Below the pieces are notes generated by a model, which ran no database searches, was not told where the DNA came from, and saw only the letters and a list, made by a program, of their open reading frames with translations. A stretch of 63,806 bases of DNA, the filler included. It is 8 parts of 8 records of this genome, joined end to end, with 100 filler letters (N's around TTAATTAATTAA, not from the genome) between each part and the next. Parts side by side here need not be neighbours in the genome. Positions count along the whole stretch, not along the records: positions 1 to 8,163 come from SRR31147125_97167; positions 8,264 to 15,111 come from SRR31147125_97367; 6 more parts are not named here. One strand, 5' to 3'. Both the position numbers and the translations under genes were made by a program. Shown piece by piece: positions 1 through 8,768 of this stretch (its first letter is position 1; each line of letters opens with the position of its first letter).

Positions 1-76
1 AACCGCTGTAGACAGCCGTGAGAATAGCGATTATTGACTTAATTTCGGCCTTCCCCAATCTGCGAAGCACCGGGAA

Positions 77-1666
77 TTACTCGGTAGGAAGAGTCCGCCG
101 GTCGAAACGGGCCACCGCCAGGGGCCGGCCGTTCCTCGAGTAGGACCACCGTGTCAGTGCCGCGCCGGATGCATCGTCCACCGGCCGCTCATCGATACCG
201 AAATGCCGCCTCTCGGTCACCCGGCCGTAGCCGTCGTGGTCCCAGGCGTAGATGGCCACACCGTCGGGATCGGCCCGCAGCTGACCGTAGAGGCCGAATT
301 GCCTCTGCTCTGTCTTCAGACCCTCGCTGTTCCATGTCCAGCGGTATTCGGCGATTCCCTGCCTGTCTTCTGTAAAGGCGTCGTCCACATCGTAGTGCCG
401 TTCCATGGTTTTCTGTCCCGAGTCATCGTAGGTCCAGCGGTAGATGGCCACGCCCACGGTGTCTTCCGTCAGTGTTTCCCAGTCGCCGTAGCTGGCGGCT
501 TCCACCATGTTCCGGCCCTCGTCATACACGTAGCGGTAGCGGGCGATGCCCCATTGGTCCTGCCTGGGTTCATCATCGGTGCCGAAGGAGACTGCCGAGA
601 CAATCAGACCCCGCTCGTCGTATTCCCATCGGTAGGACGCCATGCCCGCGTCGTCTTCGGTCAGGTTCCCGTTCTCGTCCAGGTTCAGCTGCTCCAGTTC
701 GTTGCCCTGTGGGTAGTGGATCCATTTGTAGGTGACCACGGACGCGATATCCGCTGTGAGATATCCTTCGGCGTCGTAGTGATCCTGAATGATCATATTG
801 CCGGCGACATCATACAGCCGGCGATAGACAGCCACGCCATCGCCATCAGGCGCCAGACTGCCGTTTTCATCCAGGCGGCTTTCTTCGATGGCCAGGCCCC
901 GCTCGTCCCGGAACCAGGTGATTCCCGCCGATCCGTCGGTGGCGATGATCGGGTCGCCGTACTCATCGAAGCGACGTTCGGTATCCGGATCCCCGGCGGT
1001 GTTGTAAGTCCAGTTGTAGGAATGCACACCTTCGCTCATGGCCCTGACAGGAAGGCCGTCGAGACCATAGTAGCGCAGGCCGGTCAACTGATCGTGATCG
1101 TTCCATTCGTAGCGGACTTCAGCGACGCCGCGGGAGTCGGCGATCCGGGCACCGTCGGCGTCGAAATACCGCTCAGTGGACCGCCGCCCTTTCTTGTCGG
1201 TGTCCCAGAGCCTCAGGGCCACACCGTCCCTGTCACCGACGATGTTCCCATAGCGGTCGTAGTGGAAAATGCCCACGGCACGGCCGTTTTCATCCAACTT
1301 CACCCGTTTGGACCATATGCCCCGTTCATCGGGTACCGGCCGTCCCTTCCCGTCGGTGAACGCCCGCAGGATGTAGCCTGATTCGTAGCTGATTTCCATA
1401 CGGATGACACCATAGCGGGGGTCCGCCAGAGATTTGCCCGATTTCCTGTACTCAACCTCCACAAGACGGCCGGCGGCATCATAGATAAAGCGATAGGCAT
1501 TGGTGTCGACGGATTCGGAAGGATCGACCAGATGGCGGCCCACCACCCGCTCGTAGGCATCTATGTCGATCTGCCGGTACCAGGCTTCAGCTGCATCGAG
1601 AACAAGGGCAGAGGCGAGGAATAGGATCGTCAGCCCGAAACGGGCGGCTGTCATGCGTCTCATCAC
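77..1666 (-). CDS. Secreted YD/RHS-like repeat protein (about 15 repeats of 32 aa)
   Basis: N-terminal signal peptide (MRRMTAARFGLTILFLASALVLDAAEA), then repeats such as AIYRWTYDDSGQKTMERHYDVDDAFTEDRQGI. No RHS-core PxxxxDPxG motif. Confidence 0.7.
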   Translation of the reverse strand: MMRRMTAARFGLTILFLASALVLDAAEAWYRQIDIDAYERVVGRHLVDPSESVDTNAYRFIYDAAGRLVEVEYRKSGKSLADPRYGVIRMEISYESGYILRAFTDGKGRPVPDERGIWSKRVKLDENGRAVGIFHYDRYGNIVGDRDGVALRLWDTDKKGRRSTERYFDADGARIADSRGVAEVRYEWNDHDQLTGLRYYGLDGLPVRAMSEGVHSYNWTYNTAGDPDTERRFDEYGDPIIATDGSAGITWFRDERGLAIEESRLDENGSLAPDGDGVAVYRRLYDVAGNMIIQDHYDAEGYLTADIASVVTYKWIHYPQGNELEQLNLDENGNLTEDDAGMASYRWEYDERGLIVSAVSFGTDDEPRQDQWGIARYRYVYDEGRNMVEAASYGDWETLTEDTVGVAIYRWTYDDSGQKTMERHYDVDDAFTEDRQGIAEYRWTWNSEGLKTEQRQFGLYGQLRADPDGVAIYAWDHDGYGRVTERRHFGIDERPVDDASGAALTRWSYSRNGRPLAVARFDRRTLPTE

Positions 1667-1696
1667 TTCGATGATCGGCAGAGCCGACAGGGCTGC

Positions 1697-3247
1697 TTAG
1701 ACTTGTCGGGTCTGGTCCAGGGCCTCGGCGAATCGCAGAAAATCCTCTTTCCGCTCGTTCATTCGCTGTTCCTCCTGCATCCGCAGACCTTCTTCTCTGG
1801 CTCGAAAGAGAGCCTGCTGCACCAACCAGGGCCGGGATACATTGCGGAAAACCGTGTCGGAGGCCCCGCCGGCGGTGACCAGGACAACATCGCCGTAGCG
1901 GAAAAGGACGGAGAAGGGACCTCTCTGCTCGGTCCTGATGTTCTGAACCGAGGCCAGGTCCACCTGTCTCCGGCTTTCTTTCAGCCCAAGGGGTTTTCTG
2001 TAAAGATCCACCGCGTATCCGCCGCTCACCTGGAATGAGTCGTTGCGCCAATCCTCAAAGACATACCAGGCGGAGAAGAGGGGCAGCAGTGCGGTCAGCC
2101 TGATGAGATTCGCCGGTACCGCGGCGAGGTCCGTCAGCATCACCGAGATCGCATCGGCGGCCAGGAGAGGAATCATGGTGACCAGCGCGGGCAGCACCAT
2201 TCTGGCAGCCAGAACCACGAGGCTCTTCCTGAATCGGATATCACCGGAGCCGGTGGTCCTATTGCCCGGAAGAGCTTTGGCCGGCCTGAGCAGCCTGGGG
2301 GCTCTCTCAACCAATCCAGAGTCTTCAAGGGACCGCCTGAGAGACTCCCGGCCGCGTCCATCCTGGAGACGGCTGCCCGCTGTTCTGAGTTCTCCGATCT
2401 CCTTCGCCAGCCGGCCGGGATCCGCGACGTCCCGGATAACCAGTTCGCCTTCCAGGGCCGAGGTTTTCAGGATCACGCTCCCGTAGCCGAGAATGCGACG
2501 AAGAAGGCCGTTGCGCTCCACTTCCACACCCTGAATCCGGTCCAGGGGCACGTTGCGGCTTTCCACGGCAAAACGGACCCAGTCGAAACTGCGGGACGAC
2601 ACGGAGTCGGTATCCACGATGTATTGATTGAAGAGCCGGATGAACAGGAAAACAAGAAACCATCCGAGAAACAGAGCCGGAGGAACCAGGGCGGCGAAGG
2701 GCGGCAGGGTCTCCAGTGACATGCCAGCCAGAGAGACAGCGATGCTTCCGGCCACAGCCAGGAACAGTCCGGTAAAGGCCGGCCGCAGCGACGAACGGAG
2801 GGTGTGGCCGCCGCCGGCCGCTCCGATGACAGCCGGGAGTACGGCCAGTCCGGATAGCAGATCTCCGGACTCATTCCTGAAAGGGGCAAGGCCTTCGGCC
2901 AGCTGCCGGCTGGTGGACAGAAGGGCCGCCAGGCTGCGCCTGGGCCAACGGAGCCATGTGCTGTCTTCGGCCGCCACCACCGGGCGCTCCAGAGGACGGG
3001 GATTCTCCAGCCGGTCCTCCCCCCAGAGCTCACCGGCCAGCCAGCGTTTCTCCCCGGGCATCCGGTCCGCGAATTCGATGCGGCCTGAAAGGAGAAGAAG
3101 CAGGTCTTCGCCGGAGTCGCCGGGATGGTAGAGCACGCTGCCTGCAGGAGCTTCCCAGGTTTCAGCCGCCTGGAGGAGAGTTTTCTGTTCTTCCGGTGCC
3201 AGCCGCAGAAATGCCGGATGACCGGGAAGGCGCGAGAGGTTCATCAT
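1697..3247 (-). CDS. Cyclic-nucleotide-binding domain fused to two TM-pair/bacterial PH (bPH_2-like) modules
   Basis: N-terminal CRP-like domain (VLYHPGDSGEDLLLLLSGRIE...GELWGE); two PH-like motifs (VPLDRIQGVEVERNGLLRRILGYGSVIL; VDLASVQNIRTEQRGPFSVLFRYGDVVL), each after two hydrophobic segments. Confidence 0.7.
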   Translation of the reverse strand: MMNLSRLPGHPAFLRLAPEEQKTLLQAAETWEAPAGSVLYHPGDSGEDLLLLLSGRIEFADRMPGEKRWLAGELWGEDRLENPRPLERPVVAAEDSTWLRWPRRSLAALLSTSRQLAEGLAPFRNESGDLLSGLAVLPAVIGAAGGGHTLRSSLRPAFTGLFLAVAGSIAVSLAGMSLETLPPFAALVPPALFLGWFLVFLFIRLFNQYIVDTDSVSSRSFDWVRFAVESRNVPLDRIQGVEVERNGLLRRILGYGSVILKTSALEGELVIRDVADPGRLAKEIGELRTAGSRLQDGRGRESLRRSLEDSGLVERAPRLLRPAKALPGNRTTGSGDIRFRKSLVVLAARMVLPALVTMIPLLAADAISVMLTDLAAVPANLIRLTALLPLFSAWYVFEDWRNDSFQVSGGYAVDLYRKPLGLKESRRQVDLASVQNIRTEQRGPFSVLFRYGDVVLVTAGGASDTVFRNVSRPWLVQQALFRAREEGLRMQEEQRMNERKEDFLRFAEALDQTRQV

Positions 3248-3299
3248 TACGACTATCGGCGGGAAGTCGGAGGTGGGTGAGAATCAGCGGATCCGACGA

Positions 3300-4370
3300 T
3301 CAGCCGGTTGCGGAGGTACCGTTCCTGCCGGCGTTCCGGGACCGACGCCTCGCCGCGGCGATATTCCAGAGATCCGACACGACGATGCCGCTGACGATCA
3401 GGACGGCGCCGGCGATCTCCCTGGGCGACATCCCCGCGCGGAAAACCAAGAACCCGATAATGGCAGCGAAGACCGGCTCGGTGGCGTAAATCAGCACGGC
3501 TCTGAGAGGGGTGAGCCTCCGCTGGAACCAGTTCATCAGGGCGAGGGCCAGGATGCTGCCGAAAGCCACCAGGTAAAACAGGGCACCGGCCAGGCGCCAG
3601 GTGGGTACAAGAACGAGACTTTCGACGAAAGGCGCGATCGCCAGGGCCAGGACGCCGCAGAAGAACATCTGAATCACCGTAACCGCTCCAGGATGGACCT
3701 CTCTGGTGGCCCGGTCGAGCAGCACCACGTAGAAGGCATAACCCACGGCACCGACCAGAGAGTAGATATCGCCTAGATTCAATCCGCCGGCTCCCAGGTG
3801 TTCCCCCATGCGCAGCATCCTCAAGGGACTCAGTTCCCGGAACATCAGCGGTCCGGCCGAAGGATCGGTCAGGAAGGAGAATCCCCAGAAGACCACGAAC
3901 AGACCCAACAGGTTGCCCCATCCCGGACGTTTGCGGAGGAGGAGCAGCTGCAGAAACGGTACCAGCAGGGCGAAGGAGTAGGTAATGAATCCGGAACGGG
4001 CCACCGTTGTGTACTTGAGGCCGATGGTCTGACCGGCGTAGCCCAGGAGCATTCCCAGGCCGATGACGAATCCCCAGCCCCAGGCCGCAGGTGTAAAATG
4101 CCGGAACAGACCCCGGCGGCCTTCCGCCAGGGCATTGCCTGCCCCGACAGAATCTCCGGAGGAAAGAGACCCGTCGGATCCGCTCCCGCTGCCAAGCAGA
4201 ATCGGTACCGCGAGCAGAGATGCGGTGGTGAATCGTATGCCCACCATCAGAAGCGGGGAAATATCTCCAAGGGCCGTCTTGATGACGGCGAAAGTGCCGC
4301 CCCAGACGAATGTTGTGAGAATCAGCAGACCTTCGGCCCTCAGGTCCCGTCGCCCTTCAGTAAGCATCAC
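3300..4370 (-). CDS. DMT/EamA family transporter
   Basis: About 10 TM segments; WGGTF, GLKYTTVARSGFIT and EPVFAA motifs. Confidence 0.9.
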   Translation of the reverse strand: MMLTEGRRDLRAEGLLILTTFVWGGTFAVIKTALGDISPLLMVGIRFTTASLLAVPILLGSGSGSDGSLSSGDSVGAGNALAEGRRGLFRHFTPAAWGWGFVIGLGMLLGYAGQTIGLKYTTVARSGFITYSFALLVPFLQLLLLRKRPGWGNLLGLFVVFWGFSFLTDPSAGPLMFRELSPLRMLRMGEHLGAGGLNLGDIYSLVGAVGYAFYVVLLDRATREVHPGAVTVIQMFFCGVLALAIAPFVESLVLVPTWRLAGALFYLVAFGSILALALMNWFQRRLTPLRAVLIYATEPVFAAIIGFLVFRAGMSPREIAGAVLIVSGIVVSDLWNIAAARRRSRNAGRNGTSATG

Positions 4371-4400
4371 GGTAACCCTAGCGGCCGAGGGAGTTTCTGC

Positions 4401-4973
4401 CTAGCTGTAGTCTTCCTCCGATCCTTTCAATCCGGCGGGGGTACCGAGGATTTCAGACCATATGATCCCCTGGGCGAGAGGAGAGAGTCGGGAAATCCGA
4501 TCCAGAGTCCCGGGTTCATGGGAGCTATCACCGACCGCCGGTGTCGGGTCCGACTCCTCTTCGTCCAGATCCACGAGGATGGAGTGGCTCTCACCGGAAG
4601 CGGCCTGGTGGACCGGCTTGCTGGCGGCGGTGCTGCCTGGCCAGGAATGATCAATACGGTCGTAAAGCTCGTCTTCTCCGGGGGGATGCCCCTGTTGCTG
4701 CACTCCTTCAGTGAACTCGGCCACCCGGGCCAGGACTTTTTCAAGAGCACTCTTGCGTTCGGCCTTCTGCTTTCGGGACTTTTCCCGGCGTTCATCCCTG
4801 AGTCGGTTGCTGCGGATCCCGGTGGGCCGGCCTTCTTCCTGAGATCCGGCCTGGCCTCCCTTTTCGGTCGCCGTCCGGCCGCCTCCGGCTTTCCGGCCAA
4901 GACGCCGGAGAATCCAGATGACGGCGATGGCTACCGGAAGAATACTGAATAGTGTCTCCAGTACGTCTCCCAA
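4401..4973 (-). CDS. Hypothetical single-pass membrane protein downstream of floA (YqfB-like position)
   Basis: N-terminal TM, charged linker, C-terminal [14 protein letters not shown] motif; TTG start 3 nt after the corrected floA stop. Confidence 0.6.
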   Translation of the reverse strand: MGDVLETLFSILPVAIAVIWILRRLGRKAGGGRTATEKGGQAGSQEEGRPTGIRSNRLRDERREKSRKQKAERKSALEKVLARVAEFTEGVQQQGHPPGEDELYDRIDHSWPGSTAASKPVHQAASGESHSILVDLDEEESDPTPAVGDSSHEPGTLDRISRLSPLAQGIIWSEILGTPAGLKGSEEDYS

Positions 4974-4976
4974 AAC

Positions 4977-5983
4977 TTATTCTCCCTGTTCCTGACTTCC
5001 GGCCTGACCGCCGAGGCTCTTACGCATGTCGGTATCGGCCTGCAGGTTCCTGAGACGGTAGTAATCCATGATTCCGAGATTTCCTTCCCGGAAGGATTGG
5101 GCGATGGCCTGGGGAATTCGGCTTCCGCGAGCACGACTTTGGCTCGATTCTCCTGAACCTCGGCAACCATTTCCTGTTCCCGGGCACGGGCGGCGGCACG
5201 GCGCTGCTCAGCTTCGGCCTGGAAGCGGCGAAGGTCGGCTTCGGCCTGGTCGGCCTGGAGCTTGGCTCCCACGTTGGAGCCGACGTCCACGTCGGCGATA
5301 TCAATGGAGAGGATTTCGTAGGCGGTACCGGCGTCGAGGCCCTTTGCGAGTACACGTTTGGAGATGTTGTCCGGATTCTCCAGCACGTCCTTATAGGTGC
5401 CGGCGGAACCGATGGTGGTGACGATACCTTCACCGACACGGGCGATGATGGTTTCCTCCGACGCACCGCCGATGAGCTGATCGATGTTTACCCGGACGGT
5501 GACACGGGCCTTGGCCTTAAGCTGGATACCGTCCTTGGCCACGGCATCGATGGTCATCTTACCGAACTCGGGATTCGGGCAGTCAATGACTTTGGGATTG
5601 ACGCTGGTCTTCACGGCATCCAGCACGTCCCGGCCGGCCAGGTCGATGGCGGCGGCCCGCTCGAAGGGCAATTCGATCTGCGCCTTGTTGGCGGCAACCA
5701 GCGCCCGGGATACCCGGACCACATCACCACCGGTCAGATAGTGGGTTTCCAGGAGGTCGGTATGAATGGGTATTCCGCCTTTCACGAGCACGATCCGGCT
5801 GTCGACGACGATCCGGGTGTTCACCCGCCGGATCCACATGCCCACAAGACGTCCGATGCCCACATGGGCGCCGGAAACCAGGGCTCGGAGCCACAGGCCG
5901 AAGAACTTGAACAGGATGATCACGAAGACCAAGCCGACAATGCCGAGAATACCGATCAGGATGAAAGTCAATGTAGGATTCAT
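4977..5983 (-). CDS. floA: Flotillin-like protein FloA (YqfA/UPF0365); 1-nt frameshift near 5117
   Basis: [23 protein letters not shown] and [10 protein letters not shown] motifs. Adding one A at GAATT restores the canonical end [33 protein letters not shown], with TAA at 4977-4979. Confidence 0.9.
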
Positions 5984-7581
5984 TTATCCTCCTCCGCGAC
6001 GACGATCTTCACGCCGTCCAGTCTGAGCACAACGACCGTTGTGCCTTTGTCCAAATACTCACCATCGGTTTCCGCCACCAGGGTGCGGTCACCGAATCTC
6101 ACTTTGCCGACAGGACGAAGGTCCGTCAGAGCGGTTCCGGTGTCTCCAGGACCCACACCGGCTTTCTCTTCGGCGTCGGGCAGAACACCCGGGGAAAGAA
6201 CCGTCTTTGCTTGGTCGCCGGTGTTCTCCTCTCCTGATTCTTTCCGCCGCCTTTTCCCGCGTCGGACCTTCTCGCCGGCGTATCCGGGATCCCCGGGACC
6301 ATGGAGCACCAGGCGTTCGAAGATGCTCGCCCGGGGCATCAGGGACATCAGAACGGCGATGAGGCCCAGGCCGCCGACGATGCTGATGCCGACTATGGCC
6401 AGGTTCCTGCCGACGATGGTCCACTGCCACTCGAACTCGGGCCAGTAGAAGTCCTGCATACTGAACACCAGCGCGGCGAGGACCAGGATGATGCCCGAAA
6501 TACCGGCGATGCCGAAGCCCGGTATCACAAAGATCTCAAGCAGCAGCAGAGCCACCCCGATGATGAACATCAGGATTTCCGCCGGACCGAGATTGCCCAT
6601 CAGGCCGCTGGCACTGAAGACGACGGCGAAGCAGATGAGCGCGATAGTGCCGGGAATGCCGAAACCGGGGCTGGTGATTTCCAGGTAGAGGGCCACCAGG
6701 CCGATGATGAGCAGCAGGCTGGTGACGGCGCCACTGGTCAGGAAGGTGACAGCGGAGTCTGAACGGCTCTTCTCCAGAACCTTCACGTCGCCGGGATCGT
6801 AGCCCAGCGACCTCACCAGTTCGTCCCGGGAGGAAACCGTTCCCGAGGAGACGCCATAGCGTTCCATTTCCCCGGCGGTGAGGGTGAGCAGTTTGCCAGC
6901 ATCGCAGACGGTTTTGCCCACCTGCGGGTTCTGACCCGCACGCTCCATCACGTCCAGATCCTCCGCCGTCACCAGGACCGTTTCGTCACCGGTGATGACT
7001 TCCTTCAGGACAATGTCGGCATCCACCATGGCCAGGGCCACTCCGATGGGATAGCCGTTCTTCTCGGCCAAAGCGGCCATCTGTCCGCGTACGGCACTGA
7101 CCGTCTTTTCCTCGGCAGCCTGCATTCCTTCAGTGGTCTGATACACCGGGGCGGCGGCGCCCATCGATGTGCCGGGAGCCATCCACAGTTCGGATGCCGA
7201 GAAGGCCATCAGAGCACCGGCAGACCAACTGACACCCCGACCACCACTGTCGGCAGGCACATAGGCCACAGTACGGGCCCAGGTGGCCGATCCAATGCGG
7301 CTGGCGATTTCCAGAGCGGTGTCCACCCGGCCGCCGAAAGTATCGATTTCGAGGATGATGAGTTCGGCGCCGGCATCTTTGGCAGCTTCCATCGAACGTC
7401 CGAGGAAGACTCCGAGATAGCGGTCCACATCTTCCCTCAGGGGAATGACATAGACTTTGCCGGATTCACCGGATACTGCAGTAGTACTGCTGTCCTGGGC
7501 GACCAGGCCAGCGGTGAGGATAACGAAAAGAACGAAAGCAAGCGGGACTCGCGTCCCGGGGCCGGAACGATATCGTTTCAT
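5980..7581 (-). CDS. nfeD: NfeD/YqeZ membrane-bound ClpP-class serine protease
   Basis: [27 protein letters not shown] region with PGFG motifs; C-terminal OB fold (TDLRPVGKV). Overlaps the floA start. Confidence 0.9.
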   Translation of the reverse strand: MKRYRSGPGTRVPLAFVLFVILTAGLVAQDSSTTAVSGESGKVYVIPLREDVDRYLGVFLGRSMEAAKDAGAELIILEIDTFGGRVDTALEIASRIGSATWARTVAYVPADSGGRGVSWSAGALMAFSASELWMAPGTSMGAAAPVYQTTEGMQAAEEKTVSAVRGQMAALAEKNGYPIGVALAMVDADIVLKEVITGDETVLVTAEDLDVMERAGQNPQVGKTVCDAGKLLTLTAGEMERYGVSSGTVSSRDELVRSLGYDPGDVKVLEKSRSDSAVTFLTSGAVTSLLLIIGLVALYLEITSPGFGIPGTIALICFAVVFSASGLMGNLGPAEILMFIIGVALLLLEIFVIPGFGIAGISGIILVLAALVFSMQDFYWPEFEWQWTIVGRNLAIVGISIVGGLGLIAVLMSLMPRASIFERLVLHGPGDPGYAGEKVRRGKRRRKESGEENTGDQAKTVLSPGVLPDAEEKAGVGPGDTGTALTDLRPVGKVRFGDRTLVAETDGEYLDKGTTVVVLRLDGVKIVVAEEDK

Positions 7582-7587
7582 AGCATG

Positions 7588-7616
7588 AGCATGATCCGCA
7601 TGGACCCGGGAGTCAA
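7588..7616 (-). promoter_or_regulatory. Sigma70-type promoter for nfeD, probably leaderless
   Basis: TTGACT (7611-7616), 17-nt spacer, CATGCT (7588-7593), then 6 nt to the ATG; no SD sequence. Confidence 0.5.
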
Positions 7617-7647
7617 GGAAATTGAGTGCAGGAATGGAGTTGTCGTT

Positions 7648-7677
7648 CCCGAGCGCCCCGATTCAGGGGCACCCGGG
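7648..7677 (-). terminator. GC-rich stem-loop after the Na/Pi cotransporter gene
   Basis: CCCGGGTGCCCC-TGAATC-GGGGCGCTCGGG, 12-bp stem with G-U pairs; no clear U-tail. Confidence 0.4.
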
Positions 7678-7686
7678 TTACAGGGA

Positions 7687-8163
7687 CTACGGCAGCTCGT
7701 TGATGGCCTCGGAGATATTCAGCGAACTGTCGCCGATGTGCTCCAGGTGGCGGACAACGTCCATGAAGATCAGCTCGCCCTTCACGTCCACATCATCTTC
7801 TTTCTCAATGGTTCGCCGGGAGCGTTTGCGGAGCTTGTCGCGCATCTTGTCGATACCGTCCTCCATCTTGTGGGCGAGTTCGATATCGTAGTCCTCTAGC
7901 TTGAGGTTCAGGTAATCCTGGTTGTAGCGTAGGAAGTCCAGGACCTGGGAGGTGTAGTTGGTCAACTCCTCGTCTCCTCGGTCATGGAAACTCCAGTCCT
8001 TCTTGTGAAGACGCTCTAAAAGCAGGCCGATTCCGAAGGCCGAGTCGGACACGGACTCCAGCTCATGGGCCACTCGCTGCTGGATCATCACCGTCAGGGA
8101 CTGGTCCCGTCCAAGGTTCTGCCTGGTCGCCCGGGTGAGGTAGTAGATCATCTGCTCCTGCAT
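7687..8163 (-). CDS. Na/Pi cotransporter, C-terminal PhoU-like domains (5'-truncated)
   Basis: HELESVSD and FMDVVRHLEHIGDSSLNI motifs; runs into the contig edge. Confidence 0.8.
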   Translation of the reverse strand: MQEQMIYYLTRATRQNLGRDQSLTVMIQQRVAHELESVSDSAFGIGLLLERLHKKDWSFHDRGDEELTNYTSQVLDFLRYNQDYLNLKLEDYDIELAHKMEDGIDKMRDKLRKRSRRTIEKEDDVDVKGELIFMDVVRHLEHIGDSSLNISEAINELP

Positions 8164-8263
8164 NNNNNNNNNNNNNNNNNNNNNNNNNNNNNNNNNNNNN
8201 NNNNNNNTTAATTAATTAANNNNNNNNNNNNNNNNNNNNNNNNNNNNNNNNNNNNNNNNNNNN
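8164..8263. other. Artificial contig spacer
   Basis: N-run + TTAATTAATTAA (stops in all six frames) + N-run. The same spacer is at 15112-15210, 25031-25130, 31687-31786, 37627-37726, 42801-42900 and 53976-54075. Confidence 0.99.
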
Positions 8264-8568
8264 ATGGCCTGGGCCGCCAGCATGACGGCTTTGAGGGAAG
8301 ATCCGCACACCTTGTTGACGGTGATCGCCTCGACTTCCCAAGGCAACCCCGCTTTGACAATGGCCTGTTTGGCAGGGTTCTGACCATACCCGCAGGGAAG
8401 CACCATTCCCATGATACACTCATCGATCTCCTTTGCATCGATTCCGGCTCTCTCTATGGCCTGGGTGATGGCATGGGCCCCCAGATCGGTGGCGCCGATT
8501 TTACTGAGTGATCCGCCAAAGCTTCCCAAGGGGGTTCTGACTGCACTGACAATGACTGCCTTTTTCAT
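8264..8568 (-). CDS. Acetyl-CoA acetyltransferase (thiolase), N-terminal part, truncated
   Basis: VIVSAVRTPLGSFGG, GQNPAKQA, TVNKVCGSSLKAV (catalytic Cys). Confidence 0.95.
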
Positions 8569-8768
8569 GACTCTTCCTTCCTTAATATGTGGGGTTTAAC
8601 CAACGTGATGCTGTTTATTATGTCCAAATTTGATTAAATTTATCAAAATGGGATTATTTTTCGTTGGTAACCTTATGAAATAATTTATCTTTTAAAATAG
8701 TTTCCCATCAACCGATTGCAATGGACTATACAAAAGTGTGAATGTTCTTACAAGAATTTATTTGGTCG

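Noticed and set aside
203-1381. Long antisense ORFs (also 3798-4952, 11115-12245, 27028-28296, 34800-36200, 41527-42852)
   Set aside because: Shadow frames opposite well-supported genes, with no recognisable motifs.
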